A stretch of DNA of 64,000 nt from the IMG/VR virus record IMGVR_UViG_3300020369_000001, positions 1-64,000 of that record. One strand, written 5' to 3'. The notes under the pieces are model-generated. The model was not told the DNA's origin. It did not search any database and was given only the letters and a program-made list of their open reading frames with translations. The DNA is from a virus (Duplodnaviria; Caudoviricetes). A program made the position numbers and the translations under genes. Positions 25,863 to 37,432 of the stretch are shown here, piece by piece; the first letter of the stretch is position 1; each line of letters starts with the position of its first letter.

Positions 25863-27905
25863 TTATTTTAGAACATCTACAAGTTTTTTCGCTTCAGCAA
25901 TGTAGTAGTCGTAATCAATATCCCACCGAAAATCCTTCACATTATTGCACGTCTTGATGTTCCATTCCTTGTCAATTCCTATATAACGTTCCTTCTCAGG
26001 GTCTTTCGGAAGTGGTGGCATGATCTTCACAAGCTTCTCACCTTCCTTGCTGATGTAATACCTGCAAATGTTCTGCTGCAAAGTCTCTTCACCGTCTTCG
26101 TCAATCGTTACCAAGCGTGATGAACGAGGTACTTTGGTACGCAACATGAAATCAAATTTGTCAGTGTGCTTCCGAATAAACTGTTCAACATCGCCACCTT
26201 TGATAAGCGCATGTTCAGCAGCTTTGGGGATCACCAATGAGGATTGATTCTGATGCCATCCTAGACCATCATACTCATAAGACCCTTTACGTTTCACTTT
26301 ACCATCTTCACCAACTGCTAGGTAGTTGTTCACATCACGAATGCACATCTTTGTGTAGATCGCTTCTTCAAGCTCAAGTTTAGTAATTTCTTCCCAATGT
26401 TTCGCCTTACCATCAAGTTCATGCTTGCGATTTCTTGGCAAACGAACTGTTAAACCATCCGTGTTTATTTGCAACATTTCAAGACCCTCAATCTTGAACA
26501 AGTCTTCAGCAAGCATACAAAGTGAAAGCTGCCCGTTTATTGTGATAGCCATTGTATAACGTGGATCGTAAAAAGGGCTAAACTTACTATTACTGTCCCC
26601 ATACACACCATTTAAAGCAAGCTTCATCATCGCATTTTCAGGCGTTCCTTTCGCATACGACTTACGCTGCATGTATACATCCTGATAAATATCGCAAAAG
26701 TTCTCACTTAAATGTGCTGGGTAAACCCTGTTAGAAATTGCTAAGTTCGGATAGTAGCTCGCAACATCCAAGTCCACAATGACATTCTCATCATCGGAAT
26801 TTATTACTTGAGATTCTACAGAACCGTGAATGCCCCCTGTACCAAAATCAAACTGGAACCCATCAACAACAGTGTTCAGGTTCTTAGCGACTCTCCACAT
26901 GCCGTAATAACTGATCTTCTTACTCTTCAAAACCTTCTCTTCGACCCAACCTTTCGGATGTTCCTTGTAAAACTCGTCAAGGTCTTCTTGCGAAGGTTTG
27001 TCTTTAAACTTTTTCTTCTTTGTCAGCATTGTCGAATACTTCGCAAGCTCTCCAAGATTCTCTTCAGGCAGATCACTAAAAACTCCCTTGGTTTCTGTGA
27101 TGCGTTGCGTTTGAAGCCATTCGACGACAGATTGAAACTCCGGTCTTTCAAAATGAACGTAACTAAGGACAATATCTCCCAAATCAACGTATTCACGTTT
27201 TGTCTGATTTAACTTCCTAGCACCTCCTGGTAACTGACGATAACAAGACCCCGGCATTTCCTGCTCAAGTTTCATTATGAAGTAATCTTTACCGATCTTT
27301 GTGTCATTGTGATTCATAAAGTCGCGGTCGTATTTTTGACTCAGCTTTTCACGAAACTCAATAGCACCCAAAGACTTCTCGTAAAACAAATACGTTTGGT
27401 AAACATCGTGCTTATTATATTCAACAAGCGTTTCCATTTCATCGAAAGTAAGATTTCTCCCAGGTTCAAACGGTAAATCTTCAATATTGTCAGAACGCAT
27501 GTTGAACTCCAGCATCTTCAACGATGTCGCACGCGCCTTGTTATTGAAATGGTGAATTAAATACAAATCTAATTGCTGAATAAACCTCTTATTGGGTGAA
27601 ATCAAGTGGTTGAACTTCTCGTCATCATCGGCAGTAATAATCTGCATTGCCTTTTCATACAAACATTCCGATGTTACATTTTTATTAGTGAGGAAATAAT
27701 GCAGAATAGGGTAGTCAAATCCTACATTATTGAATCCTACCATACGATCTTTATTTTGATACAGTTTCTTTAGAAACTGACGTAAGTGTTTTTCGTCATT
27801 ACGTCGATCACTAATTTCAAAGACCCATGATTCTTGACCATCAACACTTCCTACCGCTGCTGTGAAGCAGTTTGGATAAGTCTCAAGGTCGTAGATGTAG
27901 TCCAT
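25863..27905 (-). CDS. DNA polymerase, family B
   Basis: Exonuclease I YDLETY, motif A DLDVASYYPN, motif B KLALNGVYG and motif C INTDG. Confidence 0.9.
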   Translation of the reverse strand: MDYIYDLETYPNCFTAAVGSVDGQESWVFEISDRRNDEKHLRQFLKKLYQNKDRMVGFNNVGFDYPILHYFLTNKNVTSECLYEKAMQIITADDDEKFNHLISPNKRFIQQLDLYLIHHFNNKARATSLKMLEFNMRSDNIEDLPFEPGRNLTFDEMETLVEYNKHDVYQTYLFYEKSLGAIEFREKLSQKYDRDFMNHNDTKIGKDYFIMKLEQEMPGSCYRQLPGGARKLNQTKREYVDLGDIVLSYVHFERPEFQSVVEWLQTQRITETKGVFSDLPEENLGELAKYSTMLTKKKKFKDKPSQEDLDEFYKEHPKGWVEEKVLKSKKISYYGMWRVAKNLNTVVDGFQFDFGTGGIHGSVESQVINSDDENVIVDLDVASYYPNLAISNRVYPAHLSENFCDIYQDVYMQRKSYAKGTPENAMMKLALNGVYGDSNSKFSPFYDPRYTMAITINGQLSLCMLAEDLFKIEGLEMLQINTDGLTVRLPRNRKHELDGKAKHWEEITKLELEEAIYTKMCIRDVNNYLAVGEDGKVKRKGSYEYDGLGWHQNQSSLVIPKAAEHALIKGGDVEQFIRKHTDKFDFMLRTKVPRSSRLVTIDEDGEETLQQNICRYYISKEGEKLVKIMPPLPKDPEKERYIGIDKEWNIKTCNNVKDFRWDIDYDYYIAEAKKLVDVLK

Positions 27906-27913
27906 TGTTACTC

Positions 27914-29683
27914 CTAATATTCTTCTGAAGGTTTATCAAAACCCCATCCACCAGAAGAAGCCTGTTCAAAATCATCATTCTCGAACTCAGCTAGTTCTGC
28001 TTCTTCGTAAGGATCGGAACATGCTTCAATCTTAGCACTTGATGGATTGTATCGCAACCACCCTGCACTAGATGTCAAACCAGTGCGCCGACACTTGACC
28101 AGTGTGAGTTTTGTTGAATTGCGAATCTTTTCATTTTTATTCACCTTGTCACGACTCATCAGAATAGTATTAAAAGCAATCTGGTTAATCGCTGAAGACC
28201 CTTTCAAGCTGTACTCAGAAACAGCATGAGGCTTATCGTCGTCTGGTTTCTTCATGTGACTCACCACGACAATGCTCGCCATAGTTTCTTTAGCAAGTTT
28301 CAACAGTGAATCCATGAAACTATCAATCACATTGTTTTCGTTACTTGGTACAGCAGCTTGCAAAGGATCGACAACGACCAATTCACAACCCATACCCTTC
28401 ACCAACCAACGAATCTTCTCAAACATTTGCTCAACAGATGTAAAGGAGCCGTTGTGATTCACTGTCACAATCTTATCGTCACGACCAATCATGTCCTGAA
28501 ACTGTACTTTCAATTTCTCCATATCCATTTCGGAATACTTTTGTAGTGCTAGGTTTTGTTCAGTGTGAATACTCAAAAAACTGCGTACAATTTCTCTTGG
28601 ACTGCTCTCAAGATACATTAAACCGACGCGCTTCGGCGTATGGGTAGCTACGTGATAGACCATGTTATTAAGCACTGTTGATTTACCAACACTGGTTAAA
28701 GCACCAATGACTGTTACTTCACCAGCAGCAGGCCCACCGCCCATCAAGTCAGCTAGTTCAGAAAATTGTGGAGGCAGTGGAATAATGTCATCCTCAACCG
28801 AGTGTTCAAATTCTTCCCAAAGCTGTCCTAATGTACAAACGTCAACTGGACTGAATCGTTCAGCTTTAAAGAACGCAGTACGAAGTTCACTTACACGATT
28901 CTGAACAAGCATGTCATTAGGGTCTTTTAAAGGCAACTTGGCAATATGCGCTTTACCAGGGTTGAGTAAGCGTGCAGCTTCATTAACGTATTTCTGAGCA
29001 GCTTCGTCCATATCGAACATAAGCACGACTTTATCAAACGAATTGATAAACTCAAAATTGTTTTTTAACTGCTTAATGATTGATCCATCACCAGCAGTAA
29101 CGCTGACAACAGGTGTCCAATACTCATTGCCGTCCCGAATAGTGTTAAGAACTTGAGCAAGCGCTAGACAATCACATTCACCAGTTGTTATCGCAAGATA
29201 CTTACCTCCGGCTTCCCAAACAGATTGACCAAACAGATCATTGTTGGCTTTAGTATTACCAACAGGCTTTGAGAAGTCTTTAGGTAAAATGCGCTGCTTG
29301 AACCCTACAACCTCTCCCTTTTTAGTCATTGGGTAATATTGTGAGTATAAATCACCATTTTCATCAAAGCGACTGCGTACACCGAACTTTTCACAAGTTT
29401 TCTTTGTCAGTTTACGCTCTTTCCACCCACGACATTCCAAAGACATAATTTCATCAAGGTCTTCTTGTGAAATCTTTGAAGGCTTGTTGTCAGTTTTGTA
29501 CGATTCTAATTCTTCCACCACGAAGTTCTCCTCAATTTTTTCAGATGAAATATAGCCACAATTTGAAAAGCAAAATCCTGTATACTTACCATCAGATTGC
29601 TTGTATACCGCTAAAGGATCATGTCCCCCACAACTAAAGCAGGGGAAGTGACCAAGGAAACTACCGCTTTCTCCAGTGTTCAT
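27914..29683 (-). CDS. Primase-helicase (T7 gp4-like: Zn finger, TOPRIM, SF4 helicase)
   Basis: CFSC...CFSNC zinc finger, ITTGECDCL and MFDMD TOPRIM motifs, Walker A GALTSVGKS, VVDPLQ, and SLKGSSAINQ. Confidence 0.92.
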   Translation of the reverse strand: MNTGESGSFLGHFPCFSCGGHDPLAVYKQSDGKYTGFCFSNCGYISSEKIEENFVVEELESYKTDNKPSKISQEDLDEIMSLECRGWKERKLTKKTCEKFGVRSRFDENGDLYSQYYPMTKKGEVVGFKQRILPKDFSKPVGNTKANNDLFGQSVWEAGGKYLAITTGECDCLALAQVLNTIRDGNEYWTPVVSVTAGDGSIIKQLKNNFEFINSFDKVVLMFDMDEAAQKYVNEAARLLNPGKAHIAKLPLKDPNDMLVQNRVSELRTAFFKAERFSPVDVCTLGQLWEEFEHSVEDDIIPLPPQFSELADLMGGGPAAGEVTVIGALTSVGKSTVLNNMVYHVATHTPKRVGLMYLESSPREIVRSFLSIHTEQNLALQKYSEMDMEKLKVQFQDMIGRDDKIVTVNHNGSFTSVEQMFEKIRWLVKGMGCELVVVDPLQAAVPSNENNVIDSFMDSLLKLAKETMASIVVVSHMKKPDDDKPHAVSEYSLKGSSAINQIAFNTILMSRDKVNKNEKIRNSTKLTLVKCRRTGLTSSAGWLRYNPSSAKIEACSDPYEEAELAEFENDDFEQASSGGWGFDKPSEEY

Positions 29684-30461
29684 ATTTAGATGCTATCCTT
29701 TTTTCAGTAAAGTTAATAAGAGCGTCATACGCGACATCTGTAATCTGACTTCGGAAATTGTGGGCCAAGTTTTCAAGTTGCCTTTGTTTCATCTCTAAAT
29801 ATTTTTCAAAAGCATCTTCTATTTTTTCATGGCGACCTCCCCACTCTGAATTTTGCCGCGTGCCACATGAGGCAGAATATTTACCAGTCTGTTTACAATA
29901 ATGTACCCCAGTTGGGAGATTATCATGTTCTCTCATTTTTCTCTGGTTATGAGTCATTGCAATGGCAATATTGACTTCATTCGGTATAAAACAACATGTC
30001 GCTTCAGAATAGAGTTGAGAGTTACCTATTAAATCTTTATCCAGGAAAAAACCTTCTACATAATTTTGGTCAAACCATTCTGCAAAATTCTGAAAATTGT
30101 GCCAACTGGTATCAACACTAACATGTCTATATCCTGGGTCAGTTTCCCAAACAGACTCACAATAACATCTTTTAAGCATGTTTGCCCATGTATTGTGAAC
30201 TTTTGTGGACTTTTTACAATCGTGTTGACCCACACCACGATAACCAACTCCATATAGCGTTCTATCGAATGGCGTTGTTGACCACTTATATTTCAGATTG
30301 CAATTCATAGTCCAATAGGGTACATCTTCTGCAATTACTTCATTGGTAATCGGTTTTACAAGTATATTTTTATAATCTACATATTTTAAAACCTCTACAA
30401 AACCATTTTTTAATTCAAGAAAATCCCCCTCTTTAATTTTTGATGGTCTACCCATAATCAA
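29661..30461 (-). CDS. Free-standing HNH homing endonuclease
   Basis: WANMLKRCY...W.NFQNFAEWF...LDKDL...YSEATCCFIP..N motif; overlaps both neighbours. Confidence 0.82.
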   Translation of the reverse strand: MIMGRPSKIKEGDFLELKNGFVEVLKYVDYKNILVKPITNEVIAEDVPYWTMNCNLKYKWSTTPFDRTLYGVGYRGVGQHDCKKSTKVHNTWANMLKRCYCESVWETDPGYRHVSVDTSWHNFQNFAEWFDQNYVEGFFLDKDLIGNSQLYSEATCCFIPNEVNIAIAMTHNQRKMREHDNLPTGVHYCKQTGKYSASCGTRQNSEWGGRHEKIEDAFEKYLEMKQRQLENLAHNFRSQITDVAYDALINFTEKRIASKYEHWRKR

Positions 30462-31198
30462 ACCCCCTCAGCACGGTCTTTTTCCATTGCCTTAACAACA
30501 GCCTTACAAACCCCACCCCTCTCAATGTCATCACTACTCGCTTCAGTATACCCGACAATATGTTGAAGATTGTGGCGCTTTACAAAGTCTAATAACCAAG
30601 TAATCCCATCAAGACCCTTTTGATCTTTCTGCGTAGGGTCACCAAGGATAATCAATTTACCACCATCCGCAAGACGTGTCAATATCGTGTACATCTCTTC
30701 AGGTGTTGTCAACTGTGCCTCATCAAGAACTGTGATGTAATTGAAATTACGCCCTCGGATATATTCAAGAGGTTGTAGTTCAATAGTTCCATTGTGAATG
30801 CTTGATTCGTAAAACCCTGCTCCATAGCGCTGCTTGATAACGTCAATCATCGGCATCATCAGCGGCTCACATTTTTCAATAGCGCTTCCCTTTAAAAGCC
30901 CGATAGAATTACCCATTAAGATGTTTGGGCGAGCGATAACAAGCTTATCATAAATACCCTTTTTCAACCAATCGGTAACTTCTGACATTGTTAAGAAGGT
31001 CTTACCAACGCCTGCAACAGCATTAAAAATCACAACATCTTTGGTGTTCAAATGCTTTAGAAATTGCTTCTGGTTCTCATTACGTGCTTGAACAGGTGGC
31101 TTGATATATTGCTCTTTAACCTGTTTACCCTTTTCCATTTTATTCTCCCAACGCTGCTGAACGACTTTTTGCTTATTACGTTTTGGCATTGTCATCAT
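30458..31198 (-). CDS. phoH: PhoH-like ATPase
   Basis: AVAGVGKTF, YIRGRNF, VLDEAQ and GDPTQKD motifs. Confidence 0.93.
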   Translation of the reverse strand: MMTMPKRNKQKVVQQRWENKMEKGKQVKEQYIKPPVQARNENQKQFLKHLNTKDVVIFNAVAGVGKTFLTMSEVTDWLKKGIYDKLVIARPNILMGNSIGLLKGSAIEKCEPLMMPMIDVIKQRYGAGFYESSIHNGTIELQPLEYIRGRNFNYITVLDEAQLTTPEEMYTILTRLADGGKLIILGDPTQKDQKGLDGITWLLDFVKRHNLQHIVGYTEASSDDIERGGVCKAVVKAMEKDRAEGV

Positions 31199-31218
31199 CC
31201 TTCTTCTGGTTACTATCT

Positions 31219-33002
31219 CTAAGCCTTCTCGGCCTCTTTAACAGCCTTGATCATTTTGTCCTGAATAACCAACGGAAGATCCATCCTTTCATGGTGTTCA
31301 AAGGCACGAACAAGTGCTTCATAAAGCTTCTGATTAACAGCCTTAACTTTCAAGTAATCTTCCTCCTTTACCCAGAAAACATTATCACCATTCTCTCGAA
31401 GGTCATCACGAACCCGTATACTATCATAGATCATAACCATTTTAAATCTCCTTCTCAGCCTTCACAATCATATCAACATACTTCTGAACTTCGCCAGCAC
31501 GTCCTTGATACCCATGTGAAGCCATAATCTCACGCCATTCAATAAGTGTTGATTTGGTCATCCCAAGTGTCTTCAAAATCACTGGCTGAACATCTTCAAC
31601 ACCTAATTCAACAGTTAATTTGTCAATACATTTTGCCATTTTAGATATTCCTCAATGATAACACATGAATGCATAAGTCTTAATCTCAACATCATTATCA
31701 ACAACGTAATCTTTAAATGCCTTTGGTAATGATCTGAATATCTCTGAGTTTGTTAATTTTCCTTTTAAGTCTTCCAGAGACATTACGGGTATGTCAATTG
31801 GTTCATAGCGCCCATCATTGCTTTCATAAAGTACCTCACCATAAACACCTTCTATGGAGGTCATTGGTGAAATAACTGTGAAGTTATCATCATCCATAAG
31901 AACATCATGCTCCTCCTCAGAAACACTGTTAAATACTTCTTCAGGGATTTTATATCCTTTTACGATGTAAAAATTAATATTAACACCCATATTCAAACCT
32001 CCTCAGTTTTCTTCAAACCCTCAACAGCATTATCCCAAGACATATCAATCACCTTCTCATCAATCCTTTTACAAACCTCCTCAAAACCATCTAACCATTC
32101 CTGCATACGGTTCTGACGATAATGATCAACAAGCTGTACAACCTCCCATGCGATACCTTCTTCATCAAACCATGTAAGAAAGTCCTCTTCAACTGATGCG
32201 TATACATCGTTCATGTAAAAGTGTTCGATCATTTCCTTTTGAATTTCTTCAGCAGCCTCTAACATCTTATCTTCTTTATCAAGCTGGTCAAGATGCTTTG
32301 CAAGGTCAATGTCTACAGGGTCATTCATGTTCATTGCGGAATCTCCATAACCTCAAAAGGATTTCAAAGTCTCATCAGTCTCATTGGTATTCGCCAACCA
32401 CCACCTTAACACGCTTCGGCATACTTTCGTTAATAATTTCTAACAACTTCTTACGTTCTTGCCGACGCTTGTTCTGTTTATTATCGTGAAGTTCAATCGC
32501 GTGTTCAATCTCTGACAATTGTTTTAAATGCTTTTGCAGCATTGCTCCTTGTGTGTATTGTGGATCAGCTTTCTTATAGACTTTTACAGTTTCTTTTAAA
32601 GGTTTTTGTGTAGTATCTTCACCAACAATCTCGAAGTATTTGTCTTTCCAAGAATTTAAAAAGTAGTAGGGTTCTATGCCATATCCATCTTCCACACCAG
32701 ATTCTGTTAAAAGTCCATCAGAGTCTACATGAACTTCAACAATATCTCCGTTTTTATACCGACCATCTACAGCCATCTTGCCTGCGTTCAAAATGCGAAT
32801 CTTCATCTTATTTCTCCTATACCCAAGTTTGTAAGCCTTCAGACCACTTCCCAACTACTCTACAAACATACACCTCAATACCATCTTCGTCAAGCTCATC
32901 CGGAAATTCTAGTGTGCAATAATCATCAGATTTCCAATCGTGTTGGTGAAGTTCATCTTCATAACACCATGTTGTGTCTGCCCAAACGTATACTGTTTGC
33001 AT
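31219..33002 (-). CDS. Cluster of small hypothetical genes (31219-31440, 31442-31639, 31652-31996, 31993-32334, 32381-32854, 32817-33002)
   Basis: Tightly packed co-oriented ORFs with no recognised motifs. Confidence 0.5.
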
Positions 33003-33059
33003 TTGTACACCTTTTTCATAAGTAATTGATTTATATAGAAGCTGAAAACGACGCAGTAT

Positions 33060-33455
33060 CTATAGGGATTTATCCATATCTTTCAAACGTTCCGCAATAC
33101 GTTGACGGTTGATCTTCAAGGCGCCCTCAGTAGGTTCATAATCGCCCATCCAGTGTTTCTTGTCAATACCTTGAAGTAAATCTTCGTCAGAAATTGGATT
33201 AGGTTTATAACCTCGACTAGTCATCTCCTGTGTAAGTTCGTGGTAGCGCTTGAGAATATACCCAAGACGTGTGTAGTAGAATTTTACATGCCCCGTACCC
33301 ATTGTGTATTCAGAGGGTGCTTTCAAATTCCACTTGTTCACACCACGTTGTTGAGCCTTACGAACCAATCCAAAAACCCTAGTGATCTCTTTATTTTCAC
33401 CGAGTAGGTGCATATTTGTAAGTTCTGACACTGGAACTACATTGATCCTGGTCAT
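33060..33455 (-). CDS. denV: Pyrimidine-dimer DNA glycosylase (T4 endonuclease V)
   Basis: MTRINVVPVSEL..HL..E.KEITRVF...GTGHVKFYY matches the T4 DenV N-terminus. Confidence 0.9.
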   Translation of the reverse strand: MTRINVVPVSELTNMHLLGENKEITRVFGLVRKAQQRGVNKWNLKAPSEYTMGTGHVKFYYTRLGYILKRYHELTQEMTSRGYKPNPISDEDLLQGIDKKHWMGDYEPTEGALKINRQRIAERLKDMDKSL

Positions 33456-33516
33456 TGTCTCTGATACCCTGTATAATCTTGTGAATTACATGGCGTATGC
33501 CAATCGCTTCACAACC

Positions 33517-33780
33517 ACTATACACCTCCCTACACGATCTTGTCAACAGAATTACACGATAAAATAATTTCATCCGGTGTATTGACTTGAGGAACCTATT
33601 ACGTTACCCTTTTAAAAGAACTTAATAAGTATATTAATAAGGTCTTTATAGAGTACTTATAAATATCTTATTGGTGTTATATTAAGTAATATATTTACTT
33701 ATTAATTTCTTTATAAAGACTTCACAAGGTACTTGACAGCATCCTTCACATGGCGTACCTTTGGAAGTGTCGAAAGCAAA
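33517..33780. promoter_or_regulatory. Divergent promoter region 1 with AT-rich repeated element
   Basis: Leftward TTGACA-N18-TATAGT (33546-33517), rightward TTGACA-N17-TACCTT (33733-33761), and a ~100-bp element shared with 53385-53500. Confidence 0.75.
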
Positions 33781-33798
33781 TTTACAGGAGATTTGAAA

Positions 33799-36700
33799 AT
33801 GAACACCAATGCACAAGAAGCTCTGAAAGAATATCGTGAAAAGATTCGTACAGGCGAGATTGAGAAGCCACCTCAGAAAACTCCGCTGGATAGACACCTT
33901 GAAGACAAGACTTCCAAAGCTAAGGCTATTGTAGCATTCTGTTTTCAGTGTATATACGACCCTGCTGAAAAGGGTTCTTGGAAGACGCAAGTCCGTAATT
34001 GCCCATGTACAGACTGTCCACTTTGGAATGTACGGCCAAAATAGACCCTGAACATACCCCTTCTTGCCAAATAACCTTACAGGAACGTGTATAAAACAGA
34101 GGTAATAGGGTTTAGGAGGGGCAATGTACAGGGTAGGGTGTACAAGGGTCGTTTTATATGCAAATTTTAAAGGTTTTGAAGATATGCGTGAAAGCACATG
34201 GTACGAAGCATTTTATCCAAGAAGTCCTCTACAGAACTTCGACATTATCAATCCAGACTCAAATGAGATATTCATGTCCTACAAAGAATTTAAAATTACT
34301 GTTGACGTGCCGATTGAACGTGTGTATATTTACACAACACTTACTGAGGAAGGAGAATCGAAATGATCGTATCAGATAAAACTTACACAGACTTGTCAAA
34401 CCTTACAGAAGAGCAGCGTGAATTTGTTGTTGGTGTTTATCAACAATGGCTTGATGAGAGTGGTCTTAAACAAGGGCTCATTTATAATGATGATTTAGTG
34501 GTTGTAGGGTCGATGATCTATTTACACATCTATAAAGAACTCGATGGGGGCTACAGACTATTCGTTGATGATTACGATGGTCTTTCAAACAAACAAGAAG
34601 TAACTCACAAAGAAATGGTACAAGATGCTTCCGGTACACACATCGACAGCCGTATTGAATACTGGTACAAGGTCTGTGACCTAATCAATAAGCATACAGA
34701 GGATTTAGAATTGCTTGATAAAGTTTCTAAAGCACCTGAAGACTCTTGTATTGGTGATGCTGCTTTAGAAATTCTTGAAGAAGGTTTGAAGCTTCGTCAG
34801 AATAAGCGCAAGCAGGAAATTGAAGATGCTGAATATGCAGCAAAGAAGGCTGAAGAAGAACTTGTTAAGGGTATTTTAGAGCGTTGGAAATGGGAGTTTG
34901 ACGAATTAGGTTTCAGTATTTGGTTCAATGAGACAACAAAGGTTTTTGAGATCACCAGTGATATAGGCGACGTTCCGAAGTACAAAACCACTAATGAAAC
35001 AGGTATCGAGCGTATCTATATTGCATTAGACAACTTAGACGATTATATGTAAAAAACCATACAAACAAGCCCTTGCTAAAGCGACCCCGTAGGTTGGTAT
35101 GGGTAAGGGCTTTCTAACCTGATTTATACTGCGTGAGCATAAGAAAACTCACCTTATAATTGATGTCTGATACCTTTGGAGGTAATGTGTTTAAGTGGCT
35201 GAGTAAGATTTGCGAAAGTAACATTAATAGAGCTTCTAAAGATAATATGAAAACTATTTTAGATTTTGAGGATAAGGCCAAGAAAGATATTAGTGAGCCT
35301 GTTTATAAAATAGCTTCGACATTTTCTGAAGAAGGTCGTTGGAAAGAAGACGAGCACCGCCTAAATATAGAGGATTCTTTAACGGGCTTTCGTTTACCAC
35401 TAGGCATTGATGATCCCCGACGAATTCTTAAAGAAAGATGGATGACTTGGGATGAACAAGTATTTTTAACACGTTCTTACCGAGCAGCGCTTTTTGATGA
35501 GAATAAAAGAAAAGCTTCAAAAGAACGTCAAAGAATTCACGATTTATATTTTGGAGACCAACATGCAGAAGTTTGACGATACACATTCATATCTTGCTGT
35601 CTACGCACCTAACGGAGAGATTGTTGAATACATTGTGAACACACAGGAAATCAACAAGGCTTATCAAGAAACCTTCAGAGATATTCAGGAAGCAATCTTG
35701 CAAATGCATGACCCTGAAGACCACCCTTTTGAAATGGTACTTAGTGATTCACAAACAGGCAATCTTGCTGTAAGGTTAGCAGGGACAATGATCGGTGATT
35801 TAGAATTGGTTGAAATGGACTACGCGGCTATTCTCCATAAACATCCTTCTTTATTCGAACCTGAAGATTTTGAAGATTAATTATTAAGGAGTGTTATAAA
35901 ATGAAACTTGAAAACCTTTTAGAAGTGATTTTACAGTCTGGCGCAAACGTTCTTAATAAAGAGATTGTAGGTGAGCTTGATACTGACTATAACCTCAATA
36001 GAACAATCCACTTCCAAGCAGGTGGGCAAAATTATAAAATCATATGGTTCCATAACATGTCAACGCTTTATGTTGATGAGAATACACAAGTAATGTTTAA
36101 CAGCGTTGTTTGTCGAAATACTTGGCCTGTAGAAGCTTCTACAAAATCTAAAAACCAATTGCAGTTTATTTGCAATAATGATAAAGTATGCATCCTTATT
36201 ACTGAGAGGTATTAAATATGGATATTTATGTGGAAATAAAATTCAAAGATGGTTTACATGTACGAGAAGTGTGCCAACAATTTTCTAAGAATGCACACGC
36301 TTTGATGCTAAAGGATGGTTTCGAAACCAGTGTATTTGAATTAAAAGATATTGAGAAAGTAAACATTGAAACTTTTAAAGGACTTTAATTTATGACAATC
36401 CAAATCCCACAACATGCTTCAGCAAATGATCGTAAACGTACTGACAAATACCTTGAGCCAGAGAACCTTGAACTGATTGTTGACGAATGTATTACCCAAG
36501 AGAATTCTCTCAATCGCTTCAAAGTAACCGTTACTGATAAAGAGCTTGCTCAAGAGCGATGGTTGACAAATAACTCATTATCGTTCGGTGATGCTTTAGA
36601 ACTATTGCTAATGAAGAAAGTGTCAAGGTATAAAGGGATGGTCGCTTGGGATACCACTAAGAAGTCTACGGGTATTGCCTTTATGAATGCTTATTATGAG

Positions 36701-37342
36701 GTTGACAAAGGTATTTCACATTACTATTATAGGGTTGGTGCTGATGCAGAATTAACTGATGATGAGGAAGGTGTTTTGAATTGTCCTTCGGAGGTGCTTG
36801 TATGAAAACTTTGAAAGAAGAATATGAACGTGAAAAGAATTTACGCTTACAAGATGCAGAGTGTATTAGAACAGCGACGGGATATACAAACTCGTACTTA
36901 AAATGGGGTAACGTTTGTGATTCATCAGACAGGAATACTAATAGAATTAATTTTGTATTGCAGGCCGAAGAAAAATTCCTAAAAGACCATACTAAAGATA
37001 TTTTAGAATTAGCTGCTCAGATGTGTCACGATAGTATTGGAGAGTAAAATGACATACATCGTAAACAAACAGCTTTACCAAGCGATTGAACAAGACCTCG
37101 AAACATGGTACAAAAGCTATTCATGCCCCTGGTCACGTATCTATAAAGACGGTAAACTAGCAGGCTATGAAGGTGTTATGGAAAACCTCGACCTGATTGT
37201 TGAAAAGATTTCTGATAAAATCTTAATGGTGTCATTGCAAGGGAAGATTGATAAGGGTTACAATCCTTTCAAGATGTATTACACATGCGATGCTGAGAAG
37301 AATGGGTATTGGTTTGCATTAGAGGAGAAGGTTGATGAGTAG
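33799..37342 (+). CDS. Cluster of hypothetical early/middle genes (33799-34044, 34124-34366, 34363-35052, 35160-35576, 35566-35880, 35901-36215, 36392-36805, 36781-37047, 37037-37342)
   Basis: Co-oriented ORFs with RBSs. The first has CxxC...CxCxxC Zn-like residues. No recognised families. Confidence 0.5.
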
Positions 37343-37432
37343 GTATTCAAAAGAGCAGCTTCAACAAATGGCTGCACAGGCTTTAGAGTATAAGATACAG
37401 GTTCTTGCACAGGATAAAAAGGGGTTTAACAA

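Noticed and set aside
31980-32110. Strikingly G-poor plus-strand stretch
   Set aside because: Explained by purine-rich Glu/Asp/Val/Trp codons of minus-strand genes.
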